From: an uncultured Chthonomonadaceae bacterium
Lineage (GTDB): Bacteria > Armatimonadota > Chthonomonadetes > Chthonomonadales > Chthonomonadaceae
NCBI GenBank assembly: GCA_963817895.1
Contig: CAWFQB010000001.1
Location: 1,024,001 to 1,088,000 of the forward strand
DNA length: 64,000 nt
Direction: 5' to 3'
Every line of letters begins with the position of its first letter. Position 1 is the first letter of the stretch. Under the pieces are notes generated by a model that saw only the letters and a program-made list of their open reading frames with translations, searched no databases and was not told where the DNA came from. Made by a program: the position numbers and the translations under genes. Shown piece after piece: positions 39,518 through 49,913 of the stretch.

Positions 39518-41764
39518 TTACTGCGCGTTCAGGGCGAAATCATCCACGAGGAACGAGGTCGCTCTGGAACTGTTTTCTACGCCGATCAGATACACCTGAA
39601 TTGTCTGCCCTTTGTAGGCCGACAGGTCGAAAGTTTTCTGGCTGTACGCGCTGGACTTGTTCAGGTTGGAATAGGTGGCGAGGGTGGTGAGTACCGTTCC
39701 GCCGCTGTTGCGCACCTGAACTTTGAGCGTGTCATAGGCAGTCGTCGTCGTGGTTTCGCTGCTGCTGATGTACAGCCAGAAGGTAAGCGTGGCCGTCGTG
39801 ATGGTCGAGGGGATGCTCACCTGCTGATACAGCGTGTCCGTATGCGTCGTGCCGTAGCCGTCCAGCCAGGCTTTCCAACTGCCCGTATGGGCCGCCGGAC
39901 TCGCCGTGTTGTCAATCACGCCCGAAGACGCGACCCATGGCGCGGCATTGGACGAGCCGTTTTCAAAGCCGGGATTGCCCAGCAGTTGCGTCGGTTGCGT
40001 ACCGCCCCCGCCGCCCCCACCACCTGTGACCGTGCCGCCCGTCAGATCGGTAAGCAGGTTCACGCCGTTGTTGATGGTTCCCAAACCGGTCGCCAGATCG
40101 TACCCGGCAACAGCGGGATAGTACAGGTTGGTGCTGTTGTCCGCAATGTCATGGAACTCCGTCGTGTAGTTGGTTCCTTTGCCGATGGTGTAAAGCGCGG
40201 GATTGGCGAAGCCCAGTGTGGCTTTGCCCGCGCTGACGCGCTGCTGATTTACCAGAGCGGTAAAGGCCGACCACAGCGGGGCCGCGCAGCTTGTGCCGCC
40301 ATAAATGTTCCATGCTCCCCCGACATAGATGGCGTAGCCGTTGTTCGGATCAGCGTTCAGGGACACATCGGGAACGTTGCGATTTGTGGTGGATGTTTTC
40401 GCGGCTGTAGACCCAACGCCGGACTGATAGGAGGGAATCGTCCAGACCGTGCTGATTCCGCCGCCCCCGCCGCCGCCCCGGATGCTGCCGCCGTTCCAGG
40501 TGGTTTCCGAACTCCACGCGCCGCCCGCGCCCGCCGTCGTTACTTTCGTGCCGCCAACGCCGGTCATGTAGGGCTGCGAGGCCGGGTCATCCACGCTCAG
40601 GCTGCTGCCGTTGTCGTACGCGCCGCTGTCGCCGGATGCGGCAAAGATGCTCTGCCCCTGCGCGGCCATCTGTTGAAAAGCGGTGTTTTCGCTGGCGCGT
40701 GTGCTGGAACTGCTAGAATTTTCAGCCAATCCCCAACTGGTGCTGACGCTTTTGGCAAGGTTGTCGGCCGCAATGCGATTGTACGTGTCAACCACACCCG
40801 TACCGCTATTAGGACCCTCGTAAACCAGAATTTTGGAGATGCCCGGGGCCAGAGCGATTTGCAGTTCGATGTCGAGCGTCACTTCGCCCGCGCCACTGCC
40901 CGCCGCGCCGGAATAGCCGTCCACAAGCACGTTTTGCAGCGTCACATTCGGGAGGCCGAAGTTGCTCTCATAGGCGGTAATATCGCTGGCTTTGTAGCCA
41001 TCAAGTTCAAATAGCGCCAGGGTTTGCCCCGCGCCCGTCTGAGTCGCGCCCGTCAGTCCATACGCCTTTTTGATGTCTGCGGGCGCCAGTCCGCCGCCCG
41101 GCCCGGAGCCGGTGACAAAGGGCGTCAGGCTTCCATCCGGCGGCAGTTGTCCGGCGGGCGCGTTGAGAAACGCGAGGGGGTCGGCGGGCTTGACGCGGTT
41201 ATGCGTTTGCCACACTTCAGCGGTATCCAGGCCGACGATGCCTTGCAGTTTGTTCGCCACGCTCGCGGGAAGGGCGGGGTCGCTGTCGGGCGCGCGAAAC
41301 ACGCGGCCTGTTGGCAATCGATACTGCTTCAAGCGCACTCCGAAGGCGGCTTCCACCGTTTGCGCCGGGGCGGCCACATCCACAACCAGGCGGTTGGCAT
41401 GGGTGTTCGTCACGGTCAATCCCTGCGCCTGCGCAAAGGCGATCACAGCGTTGTAATCCGCCTGCGTGGGCGCGAACTGCGCTTTGAACTGTTCCGTCGT
41501 CAGGTATTTGCCGTACATCGGGTCGGCGGGATCGTACAGGCGGGCCAGCAAATCGTTGAGCGCGGGTTGGTTGCGCAGGGGCAGGGAAAGCGCGAGGCGG
41601 ACGGTTTCCGCAGGCTGTACGCGCCCGGCAAGATTGGCGCTTTGCACCAGAGCGGGAACATGGCCGCGCAGGGGCAGCCTGCCGGTCTGCGCCGAAGCGG
41701 AAAGGGAGAGTGAAGCCAGGCCACAAAGCGCGGCCAAATAGGTGAAAACGGATTGCGAACTCAT
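39518..41764 (-). CDS. secreted S53 (sedolisin/kumamolisin) peptidase with pro-domain and C-terminal beta-sandwich
   Basis: Pro-kumamolisin domain, EVTLDIE, ASGDSGA, GGTSCAAPLW, GYDLATGLGT, and a QLLGNPGFENG domain. Confidence 0.93.
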   Translation of the reverse strand: MSSQSVFTYLAALCGLASLSLSASAQTGRLPLRGHVPALVQSANLAGRVQPAETVRLALSLPLRNQPALNDLLARLYDPADPMYGKYLTTEQFKAQFAPTQADYNAVIAFAQAQGLTVTNTHANRLVVDVAAPAQTVEAAFGVRLKQYRLPTGRVFRAPDSDPALPASVANKLQGIVGLDTAEVWQTHNRVKPADPLAFLNAPAGQLPPDGSLTPFVTGSGPGGGLAPADIKKAYGLTGATQTGAGQTLALFELDGYKASDITAYESNFGLPNVTLQNVLVDGYSGAAGSGAGEVTLDIELQIALAPGISKILVYEGPNSGTGVVDTYNRIAADNLAKSVSTSWGLAENSSSSSTRASENTAFQQMAAQGQSIFAASGDSGAYDNGSSLSVDDPASQPYMTGVGGTKVTTAGAGGAWSSETTWNGGSIRGGGGGGGISTVWTIPSYQSGVGSTAAKTSTTNRNVPDVSLNADPNNGYAIYVGGAWNIYGGTSCAAPLWSAFTALVNQQRVSAGKATLGFANPALYTIGKGTNYTTEFHDIADNSTNLYYPAVAGYDLATGLGTINNGVNLLTDLTGGTVTGGGGGGGGTQPTQLLGNPGFENGSSNAAPWVASSGVIDNTASPAAHTGSWKAWLDGYGTTHTDTLYQQVSIPSTITTATLTFWLYISSSETTTTTAYDTLKVQVRNSGGTVLTTLATYSNLNKSSAYSQKTFDLSAYKGQTIQVYLIGVENSSRATSFLVDDFALNAQ

Positions 41765-42007
41765 ACGGCGAACATTACGCCCAAAGCAGCATCGTTTCAA
41801 ATTCCAAACTCCTGTAACCGGGACAGAGTGTAGTCCGGCGGGGTCATGCGAAAGAAAATTGGGGAGGCCTAATGGCGAAAGAAGCTCTTGCGCGAAAAGA
41901 ATAGGTCTATTGTACAAGAGATTTATAGAAATAGCCGGGTAATATTACTGGAAAGAGACCTTGTTACCAAAAATTTTACGGTATTTTATGTGACGCTTCG
42001 TAAATGC

Positions 42008-42045
42008 AAACAGCCTCCGCCGGTAAATACCGGCGGAGGCTGTTT
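42008..42045. terminator. intrinsic terminator after dxr-rseP
   Basis: AAACAGCCTCCGCCGGTA-aa-TACCGGCGGAGGCTGTTT. Confidence 0.75.
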
Positions 42046-42169
42046 ATAATAAATTCACCCAAATCGCCCTCAACCCCTAACCCCTTCTCCCGAAAAAGCC
42101 TGGGAGAAGGGGAATTTACTGGAATAGACTCTAAATGCCTGAACACCTAACGACCTAACAACTAACAAC

Positions 42170-43510
42170 CTACCTGTGCAGCAGTCCCGAAATGTCCTTG
42201 TACATTACCAGGACGAACAGGACGCCGATGATGGAGATGCCGACGAGTTGTGCGCCGTACACTTCGCGCCCGGTCAATTTGCGCCTGCGGATGCCTTCGA
42301 TGCTCAATAGCAGCAGATGTCCGCCGTCCAATACGGGGATCGGCAGCAGGTTCATAATGCCCAGGCTGATACTGAGCATAGCGGCGGTGAAGATAACGCG
42401 CCAGGGACCCTCTTTGCTGTCCTGATGAATCTGTCCGGCGATGCTCACGATGCCGCCGACATTGCCCGCAGCGAGTTTCGGATGTGTTAAAATGATCAGC
42501 GTGGTTCGGACGTAGTTGTAAATCATCACCGTCCCGGTCTTGATGGCCTCTACAGGGCCGTAACGCTGCCACACGACATGCGGGCGCGGCACAAATCCAA
42601 GTTGTCCCTGTTTCGACGCGGGCTTGCCGCTGCTCTTGTCTTCCTCCACGTCTACTGAATCCGGCGTGGCAATGATGGTTTGCAGCGGGGCGTAGCCGCG
42701 CGCGATCACAAGCCGCAGGGGAACTCCCGCATGGTCATGAATCACGCCAACCATCTGTTCGCCGTCCGTAATTTTGGTGTCGTTGATCTGTACAATACGG
42801 TCACCCGATTTCAGGCCCACTTTGTCCGCAGGCTTGCCCCGAACAACGGATTCAACGACATTCTCGTTGTAATCGGTATGGGGCAGGCCAAACGTCATGC
42901 CCATTACGCAGAACAGAAAGTAGCCGAGAAACAGGCTCATGACCGGGCCTGCAAAGATCACAGCGGCGCGCTGCCACAAAGGTTTTTGGTTGTACCAGGT
43001 GGGGTCGGGAACGAAATTCTTGCTGGCAAGCACGGCTTCGATGTAGCGCTGCTCCTGCGCGTTGATGGTCGCGCTGTGGGAAAGCGCGATCAGTTCCGCT
43101 TCGCCGTTCGGGGTTACTATATTGTCCTCAACGGCGTTGTCTACGGCCTGCTCCACGCGCTCGGAAATCTGCTCCGGGTCAATCGTGTCCAGCGCCTCCA
43201 TGTCCAGCCCCTGCAAGTTCTGGGCAAGATGGCGCTTCTTCGGATTGCGGGTCAGGAGGGGCGCGCCGTTGGAGATGTCTTCGGGTTCCATGCCCGCGAT
43301 TTTGACAAAGCCGCCGAGTGGGATCAGGCGAATGTTGTATTTCGTGCCGTTGCGTTCGCCAAGCGGGATAATCACCTTGCCGAAAAACAGCGAAAAATCG
43401 TCCACGCGCATCCCGCACAGTTTCGCCACGATGTAGTGGCCCCACTCATGCGCCAGCACAAGCGCGCTCAACACAGCCAGAAAATACAGGGCAGAGACTA
43501 TTTTATCCAT
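42170..43510 (-). CDS. rseP: RIP metalloprotease RseP (M50, PDZ)
   Basis: HEWGH, IPLGGFVKIAGM, AGP, PDZ and NLLPIPVLDGGH motifs; follows dxr. Confidence 0.93.
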   Translation of the reverse strand: MDKIVSALYFLAVLSALVLAHEWGHYIVAKLCGMRVDDFSLFFGKVIIPLGERNGTKYNIRLIPLGGFVKIAGMEPEDISNGAPLLTRNPKKRHLAQNLQGLDMEALDTIDPEQISERVEQAVDNAVEDNIVTPNGEAELIALSHSATINAQEQRYIEAVLASKNFVPDPTWYNQKPLWQRAAVIFAGPVMSLFLGYFLFCVMGMTFGLPHTDYNENVVESVVRGKPADKVGLKSGDRIVQINDTKITDGEQMVGVIHDHAGVPLRLVIARGYAPLQTIIATPDSVDVEEDKSSGKPASKQGQLGFVPRPHVVWQRYGPVEAIKTGTVMIYNYVRTTLIILTHPKLAAGNVGGIVSIAGQIHQDSKEGPWRVIFTAAMLSISLGIMNLLPIPVLDGGHLLLLSIEGIRRRKLTGREVYGAQLVGISIIGVLFVLVMYKDISGLLHR

Positions 43511-43605
43511 GAAGGCTCCGGGAGTAGATTGTAGGAAGTAGGAGGTAGGTTGTGGGGAGTAGGAGCAATGCAACTACGTATTTTCTACTCCCTATTCCCT
43601 ATAAC

Positions 43606-44754
43606 CTAACTCTCTGTATTTACGAATTGCCGCGCCCAACGGTCGGCTTCCAGCACGTTGGCGAAGGTGGGCGGCAGCGGGTCGTGCTGATCCATCGCGC
43701 GCTCGACGGCGCGGGTTAATTGCAGAAACGGGATTTGGTTGTTCAAAAACAGGTCTACGGCGGCTTCGTTGGCGGCGTTCATCACGGCGGGCATCGTGCC
43801 GCCCTGTGAAACCGCGCGCCGCGCCAGTTGCAGTGCCGGGAATTTGGTTTCGTCCGGCGCTTCAAACGTTAAATTCGCGTAATCTTTCAATTCCATGCGC
43901 GGCAGTTCCGTGTTCAGGCGTTCCGGGTAGACCAGCGCGTACTGGATGGGCAGGCGCATGTCGGGCAGTCCCAATTGCGCCAGCGTGGAGCCATCGTTGA
44001 AGCGCACCATAGAATGAATGATGGACTGCGGATGCACGACCACTTCCACGTTTTCAACCGGCACGTCGAACAGCCAGCGGGCTTCGATAATTTCCAGCGC
44101 CTTGTTCATCAGGGTGGCGGAATTTATTGTCACCAGCCCGCCCATCGTCCATGTCGGATGCTTCAATGCCTGCGCGGGCGTCACTTTCGCCAGTTCTTCT
44201 ATGGGCGTTTTGCGGAACGGCCCGCCCGAGGCGGTGAGCAGTATCCGCTCGACGCTCTTGTCCGGCGCGCCCTGCAAACACTGGAAAATGGCGGAGTGTT
44301 CGCTGTCAATGGGCAGAATAGCCGCATTTTTAGAACGCGCCAACTCCATCGTTGTTTCGCCTGCCGCGACTAAAACTTCCTTGCTGGCAAGCGCGATGTC
44401 TTTGCCCGCATTGAGCGCGGCATGGGTGGGGGCAATGCCAATCGCGCCTGCAACCGCAACCACCACTAAATCCACGTCGTCAAGCGTGGCGACTTCGCAC
44501 ATACCTTCGACGCCACCAACCACGCGCCGATTTCCGTTTGTCGCGCCAAGTTGCGCTTTCAGTTCCCCGATGCGCTCAACCTTACCAATGGATACGCAGG
44601 AACAGTGGAAAGCATTTGCCTGTTCCGCCAGCAGTTCGATATTATTGTTGGCGGCAAGCCCGACAATCTGGAACCGGTCGGGCAGGCGACGCGCAATATC
44701 CAGCACCTGCGTTCCAATAGACCCGGTAGACCCTAATATCGCCAGACGTTTCAT
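43606..44754 (-). CDS. dxr: 1-deoxy-D-xylulose-5-phosphate reductoisomerase
   Basis: LGSTGSIGTQ, LPIDSEHSAIFQ, LTASGGPFR, HPTWTMG and NAANEAAV motifs. Confidence 0.97.
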   Translation of the reverse strand: MKRLAILGSTGSIGTQVLDIARRLPDRFQIVGLAANNNIELLAEQANAFHCSCVSIGKVERIGELKAQLGATNGNRRVVGGVEGMCEVATLDDVDLVVVAVAGAIGIAPTHAALNAGKDIALASKEVLVAAGETTMELARSKNAAILPIDSEHSAIFQCLQGAPDKSVERILLTASGGPFRKTPIEELAKVTPAQALKHPTWTMGGLVTINSATLMNKALEIIEARWLFDVPVENVEVVVHPQSIIHSMVRFNDGSTLAQLGLPDMRLPIQYALVYPERLNTELPRMELKDYANLTFEAPDETKFPALQLARRAVSQGGTMPAVMNAANEAAVDLFLNNQIPFLQLTRAVERAMDQHDPLPPTFANVLEADRWARQFVNTES

Positions 44755-44962
44755 AGTCTCACCTTTTATGATAGAAAATACACAGGACAGGATTAACAGA
44801 ATTTTCAGGATTAACAGAATAGAGGTTAACCGGGGCAATGAACTTGATAAATTCTGTTAATCAGTGAAATCTGTGAATGGCCTTGTGGGGCTGAATTCGT
44901 ACTTCAAATTGTAGCACACAAAATGTTCAACTACCAACGCGAGAAAGGAATTGCGCCGGTTT

Positions 44963-46333
44963 ATGGATACTATTATAGATACAATCCCACTCCGGCAAAT
45001 GTTCGCGCATTTGCCCACGCCCCTGCCCGCTTCGCGCCGCCGGTCTCAATTTTTGCAGGCGGGAAGTCCGCCCGAAACACAGGCGCGGGCGGCTGCCGCC
45101 AATCATACGGGTTGGTTTACGCGCAATGCGCGGTTGTCGCCGGAATTTGAGGTCGTTCGTTATAAAAACGCCCGCTGGCTGTATACGCCGGAAGAGACGA
45201 TTGTGCCGTTTCCGCGTTTGAGTCGGGCAAGCGCGAACGACACGCTGGATCATCTTGTCGCGTTTTGCCGGGAGAAACAGACCCGAACCGTCGCGTTTTG
45301 GGCCTTGCTGCCGACACATCCGCCGGACCTGGGCGCGCGGCTGTGCGCGCGGGGCTTTGAATGGGGCTGGCAGCCGCACTGGATGAGTTTGGAAGCGGCG
45401 ACTATGCGCTCCGACTTTATGGTTCCTGCCGGATTAAGCATTGACATTGTTGAGACCTGCGACTGGAAAGAGGATGACCTGCCCTACTATGAGTCGGCAA
45501 GCCCCGCGATGCTGGCCGATCCTGGTTCCGAACGAGCGCGGCGAACGTGGCATTTCGGCGCGTGGTTAGATGGCAAAATCGTGGGACACGCCATTCTGTT
45601 CGTGACAACGGGGAAAATGGGCATTGGCGGCATTTATAATGTGGGCGTCGTTCCGTCCGCGCGGCGTCAGGGGATTGGCGGGGCGGTCACGCTGGCGGCC
45701 TGTAGGTTCGCGTATGCAATGGGTTGCCATTACGTGATGCTGAATTCGGCGGCGGACTTTTTGTACGAGCGACTCGGCTTTCAATCGCTTGGAAAGGGGC
45801 AAACGTGGTGGCTGCAAAAAGCGGTCATAGCCGCTCCTCCGCCCACTGCCCCGCAAATCGCTTTTGCGGAAGCCATTGGTCGGGGGGATGTTCGCGCCCT
45901 GAAACGATTTATGCTCGCCGAACTGCCGCCCGAATTGAACGCGGTTTTGCCCAATGGCATGACGCCAATGGAATTGGCATTGAAAACAGGGCAGTTGCCT
46001 TCCTCCGAATGGCTGTTGGCGAACGGAGCGGAACTGAACCTGCTGCAAGCGTGGGATTTAGGCTGGAAAGAGCGCGTAGCGGCAATGCTGAACCGGCATC
46101 CCGAATGTGTGAACCGGCGTTCGGGAAGATTGCAGACCACGCCCCTGCATGAAGCGGTTATGCGCAATGACCCCGCGCTGGCGCAGACGCTTCTCGCCGC
46201 TAATCCCGACCTGACCATTCAGGATAATGAGTATCACAGTACGCCGCTTGGCTGGGCGCGGCACTTCGGATACGCCGAAATCGCCGCGCTCATCGAACAG
46301 CATCAAGCCTCCCAATCAGCAGGGGAGGGCTGA
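44963..46333 (+). CDS. GNAT N-acetyltransferase fused to C-terminal ankyrin repeats
   Basis: GIYNVGVVPSARRQGIG...LYERLGF; TPMELA, TPLHEAV and TPLGWA ankyrin motifs. Confidence 0.85.
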   Translation: MDTIIDTIPLRQMFAHLPTPLPASRRRSQFLQAGSPPETQARAAAANHTGWFTRNARLSPEFEVVRYKNARWLYTPEETIVPFPRLSRASANDTLDHLVAFCREKQTRTVAFWALLPTHPPDLGARLCARGFEWGWQPHWMSLEAATMRSDFMVPAGLSIDIVETCDWKEDDLPYYESASPAMLADPGSERARRTWHFGAWLDGKIVGHAILFVTTGKMGIGGIYNVGVVPSARRQGIGGAVTLAACRFAYAMGCHYVMLNSAADFLYERLGFQSLGKGQTWWLQKAVIAAPPPTAPQIAFAEAIGRGDVRALKRFMLAELPPELNAVLPNGMTPMELALKTGQLPSSEWLLANGAELNLLQAWDLGWKERVAAMLNRHPECVNRRSGRLQTTPLHEAVMRNDPALAQTLLAANPDLTIQDNEYHSTPLGWARHFGYAEIAALIEQHQASQSAGEG

Positions 46334-46542
46334 GATACCTAAAACGGCATAATTTTGTCTCAATGCTTCTGTAAAGCGTGAATTTGCGGAACACCCGCCC
46401 CGGTCTTCTCCTTCTCACCATCAATACATTTGCCGCTGCTAATATGTTCGGTCAGGCTTGAAGAAGCGGGATAAGAGCTACAAGGTATAAGCCTAATACC
46501 CAACACCGAACACCAAACATCCACATTGAAGGAAAGATCACG

Positions 46543-47868
46543 ATGTCTGACGATTTCAATCCGTTTTACAATCAGGCGCACAATGCTTCGCGCCGCCGGT
46601 TTCTGGCGACGGCGGGAACCGGAATCATGGCGGCGGGATTGACAGGCGAATGGACGCCTGCCGTCCTTGCGCAGAACGCGGGCGGGCAGGGCGCGAATCT
46701 GCCGCCGCCTATTCCTTTACAGCCGATTTCCGCCCCGACCGAACGCGAAAACGAAAAGGCCCCGACCGCCCTGCCGCCTGACAAACGCGCCGGAGTTGCC
46801 ATTGTCGGCCTGGGCCGATTGTCGCTGGAACAGATTTTGCCCGCATTCGGGCAATCAAAACGCTGTAAGCCTGTCGCGCTTGTCAGCGGCGAACGCGCCA
46901 AAGCCGAGCAAGTCGCGCAGCAGTACGGCATCAAAGCGCAGAACATTTACGACTACAAGACCTACGACAACCTGCGCGACAACCCGGACGTGGATTACAT
47001 TTACATCGTCCTGCCCAACAGTATGCACCTTGAGTATACGGTTCGGGGGGCGCAGGCGGGCAAGCACATCCTATGCGAAAAGCCGATGGCGACGAGCGTA
47101 AAAGAGGCGCAGCAGATGGTGGACGCCTGCAAAAAGGCCGACCGCAAACTGATGATCGCGTACCGCATCCAGTACGAGCCGTACAATCGGGCGATGCAGC
47201 AGATGTTTCGGGGCGGGGATTTGGGAGCCGTCAAAGTAATAGAGATGGCGAACGGCCAGAATCAGGGCGGCGACCTGAACCAGTGGCGGCTGAAAAAAGC
47301 GCTTGCGGGCGGCGGCAGCCTGCCGGACGTGGGCGTATACTGCTTCAACACGGCCCGCTTCCTGACGGGCGAGGAACCTTTTGAGATTAGCGCCCACCAG
47401 TTTACCACGCTCAATGATCCGCGTTTTCGGGAAGTGGAAGAGACGGTCAACTGGATGATGCGTTTTCCGAGCGGGATACAGGCGGTCTGTTCCACAAGTT
47501 ACGGCTGGCACGAGAACCGCTACTACCGCGTATTAGGTTCGGAAAAATGGGCGCAAATGAGTCCCGCATTCTCCTACAGCGGCCTGCAAATGCAGGTCGG
47601 CCACAAGTCCAAAGAGAACCCGCAGATGGAGATCATGGAAGAGCGGAAACTGGAACAGAAGAACCAGTTCGCGCTGGAAATGGATCACATGGCGGAGTGC
47701 GTCCAAACCAACAAGATGCCGTACACGCCGGGCGAAGAGGGCTTGCAGGATCACCGCGTCATGGCCGCCATTTATGAAGCCGCCCACACAGGCCGAACCG
47801 TGAAACTGCCCACCGTCAGCAGCATGGACACATTTCGCGGTACTCCCCCCGTGTCCAGCATGGGCTAA
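46543..47868 (+). CDS. Tat-exported Gfo/Idh/MocA (glucose-fructose oxidoreductase-like) protein
   Basis: SRRRFL Tat motif, IVGLG, ILCEKPMA and GGGSLPDVGVY motifs. Confidence 0.92.
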   Translation: MSDDFNPFYNQAHNASRRRFLATAGTGIMAAGLTGEWTPAVLAQNAGGQGANLPPPIPLQPISAPTERENEKAPTALPPDKRAGVAIVGLGRLSLEQILPAFGQSKRCKPVALVSGERAKAEQVAQQYGIKAQNIYDYKTYDNLRDNPDVDYIYIVLPNSMHLEYTVRGAQAGKHILCEKPMATSVKEAQQMVDACKKADRKLMIAYRIQYEPYNRAMQQMFRGGDLGAVKVIEMANGQNQGGDLNQWRLKKALAGGGSLPDVGVYCFNTARFLTGEEPFEISAHQFTTLNDPRFREVEETVNWMMRFPSGIQAVCSTSYGWHENRYYRVLGSEKWAQMSPAFSYSGLQMQVGHKSKENPQMEIMEERKLEQKNQFALEMDHMAECVQTNKMPYTPGEEGLQDHRVMAAIYEAAHTGRTVKLPTVSSMDTFRGTPPVSSMG

Positions 47869-47905
47869 ACAACAAGGGCTATAACCGTAGTAAGCGTCAG
47901 AAAGC

Positions 47906-47963
47906 AAACTAACCCAGCGCCTTACCAACCCTGACTGGGTCAGTAGAGGCGCGGGGTTAGTTT
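47906..47963 (+). terminator. long hairpin/terminator
   Basis: AAACTAACCC-AGCGCCT...AGGCGC-GGGGTTAGTTT. Confidence 0.55.
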
Positions 47964-48138
47964 GATTGTTTCTGTTCGCGGAACAATCTGCTACAAAGAT
48001 TCACGTCCTCTATTGACAGGATTGTTGCACATCGCTATAATGGCAGTCATTACGGATGTAGGACATAGGAATGGGCGGAGGCTTACGATAAGTAATCAAA
48101 GCCTCTGGAGTAAGTTCGTAGGACAGGGTAGGAACATT

Positions 48139-48342
48139 ATGATAAACACCGTTTGGGCGGTTGTCCATGAGGGACGTATTGAACCGCTTCAGCAAATCAT
48201 TGCGCCGGAAGGAACGCGGGTTCTGGTGACGTTGCTTCTGGAAGACGAAGCCGACTTCTGGCTCGACGCGAGTTCTACTTCGCTGGACGGCGTATGGGAC
48301 AACGCGGAGGATGATCGGTATGCCGAACTACTCGACGCCTGA
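48139..48342 (+). CDS. putative antitoxin (AF2212/DUF104-like)
   Basis: AVVHEGRIEPL...PEGTRVLVT...WDNAEDDRY; overlaps the PemK-like gene. Confidence 0.7.
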   Translation: MINTVWAVVHEGRIEPLQQIIAPEGTRVLVTLLLEDEADFWLDASSTSLDGVWDNAEDDRYAELLDA

Positions 48343-48502
48343 AGTCGTGCTGGTGCGTTACCCCTTTTCGGACTTGACAGGCGCAAAGGTGAGACCTGCG
48401 GTTGTCGTCAGCGCAAGCCACGTTTCGCAGGATTTGCTGATCGTGCCGCTGACAAGCAAAACAGGCGGGGCATGGGCAGGCGAATTCGTGTTATGCGAAT
48501 AG
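48320..48502 (+). pseudogene. truncated PemK/MazF toxin
   Basis: VVLVRYPFSDLTGAKVRPAVVVS...IVPLTSK, then TAG after 60 aa; the second half is not recognisable. Confidence 0.75.
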
Positions 48503-48596
48503 AAATTGGAGGTGGTACTTAACACTGCCAAGTTAATTTGTATTTGGTCTATTGGAACGAGAACTTAATCGCCCTCAAAAGAGGCAAGTTAAAGTT

Positions 48597-49505
48597 TCAT
48601 GTTCGGGCGATATTCGCTGTTGATGTGGCTGTACGTATATGTTGCATCACTTGATTTAACAGGAAATCACTTGTAATGTTTTCACCATTGAGACGCAATG
48701 CCCGAACGCAGGAGGGTTCTAAGGCAATCGTAATTGCGGATGCCCGCTGAATGATGGCGTGGAACTGTGTAGGGTCATGTGGATTTACTGATTGTTCGGT
48801 TTGAAAATAGTCCAGATCAATATCCAAAATATACGGTTCGCGTAGTACATTAGATTTACTTACAGCAACGCCCATTTCTTCAACGTTTCTCAGTCTCTCA
48901 ATAAGATAATCTGCTTCAATTGCCAGATCACAACTTATTCTAAAGCAATCGTCATCGTGCGGGCGTTTGATGCATTCAGATGGGCATTTGGCTTCAACAA
49001 GAAAAATTCGATTTGCTGGAACACTGTATGTGTAGGGTCGAACGGGCATGGTTGGTTCTGATGCTACATATCCTAGTGCTTTCGTAAGCATACACTGTTG
49101 CTGTTGCGCTAGATAAAAAAGCTCTTGATGAGAAGGTGTTCCTGTGCATTCTCTAGAGATAACAAATGCAACATCAACAATTTCAGTGCGTATCGCGGCG
49201 TCGATATGCTCATCATGCTTCAAATGGCTTTTGACTTTAACCACAGTTTCATGGTTTCGGTAATTAAATTTGTTCAGAATTTCACCGGCATATTCAGCGT
49301 AGCTAATGTTTTCGCTTTCTGGTATCTGACTAAATTCCATGTGAAACGCTGAACGCGCATCGGTGTGGTAGTCGAAGGAGATTACTCTTAATGGCTGTTG
49401 AGTATTGCTGCGCTCCGTAGCCCATATTTCGAATGCGGTAGCATGATCGTCAAACGTGTACACCCGCTTACCATTGATATGATGATTTATTTGTTTCTCC
49501 TGCAT
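48597..49505 (-). CDS. UPF0489 family protein (arginase/deacetylase-like fold)
   Basis: DDH..AF..W, SFDYHTD, HDEHI, ILDIDLDYF and ITIALEP motifs; AT-rich. Confidence 0.8.
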   Translation of the reverse strand: MQEKQINHHINGKRVYTFDDHATAFEIWATERSNTQQPLRVISFDYHTDARSAFHMEFSQIPESENISYAEYAGEILNKFNYRNHETVVKVKSHLKHDEHIDAAIRTEIVDVAFVISRECTGTPSHQELFYLAQQQQCMLTKALGYVASEPTMPVRPYTYSVPANRIFLVEAKCPSECIKRPHDDDCFRISCDLAIEADYLIERLRNVEEMGVAVSKSNVLREPYILDIDLDYFQTEQSVNPHDPTQFHAIIQRASAITIALEPSCVRALRLNGENITSDFLLNQVMQHIRTATSTANIART

Positions 49506-49543
49506 ATGAAGCACGAAGTTCGTGCAATCCGTTCTACTTTACT

Positions 49544-49909
49544 TCATGACGTTGCTAAATGGATGTTCAGGTCAGCCCATAACTGCGCTTCTTTTTTACG
49601 GGCTTCCACGTAGCCGCAAAGCGTAGAATTCAGAGGGTCCGCGGGATGGTTATTTGTCCATTGCGTCACCGCTTCCTGCGCGGCGAGAAGGGTTTCCATG
49701 CTATGGTAGGGGCGGAGGCGTACCACTTTGTGGTACAGTTCTTTGCGTTCTGCTTGCTCATTGGGTTCTAAATCGAGTTGGCAGGCCGTCGTTTCCAGCC
49801 ACGCGAAGAAAACTTCTGATTTGGCTTGCTCTTCGGGCGTCATGCCTTCCCCACCGGAAGCGCCCTCGCGGTCTGTCTGCCTATCTTGATGCTTTAGTTG
49901 TGTTTCCAT
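49544..49909 (-). CDS. small hypothetical protein (possible immunity/antitoxin)
   Basis: Starts 4 nt after the stop of the upstream peptidase; helical-looking. Confidence 0.65.
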   Translation of the reverse strand: METQLKHQDRQTDREGASGGEGMTPEEQAKSEVFFAWLETTACQLDLEPNEQAERKELYHKVVRLRPYHSMETLLAAQEAVTQWTNNHPADPLNSTLCGYVEARKKEAQLWADLNIHLATS

Positions 49910-49913
49910 ACTG

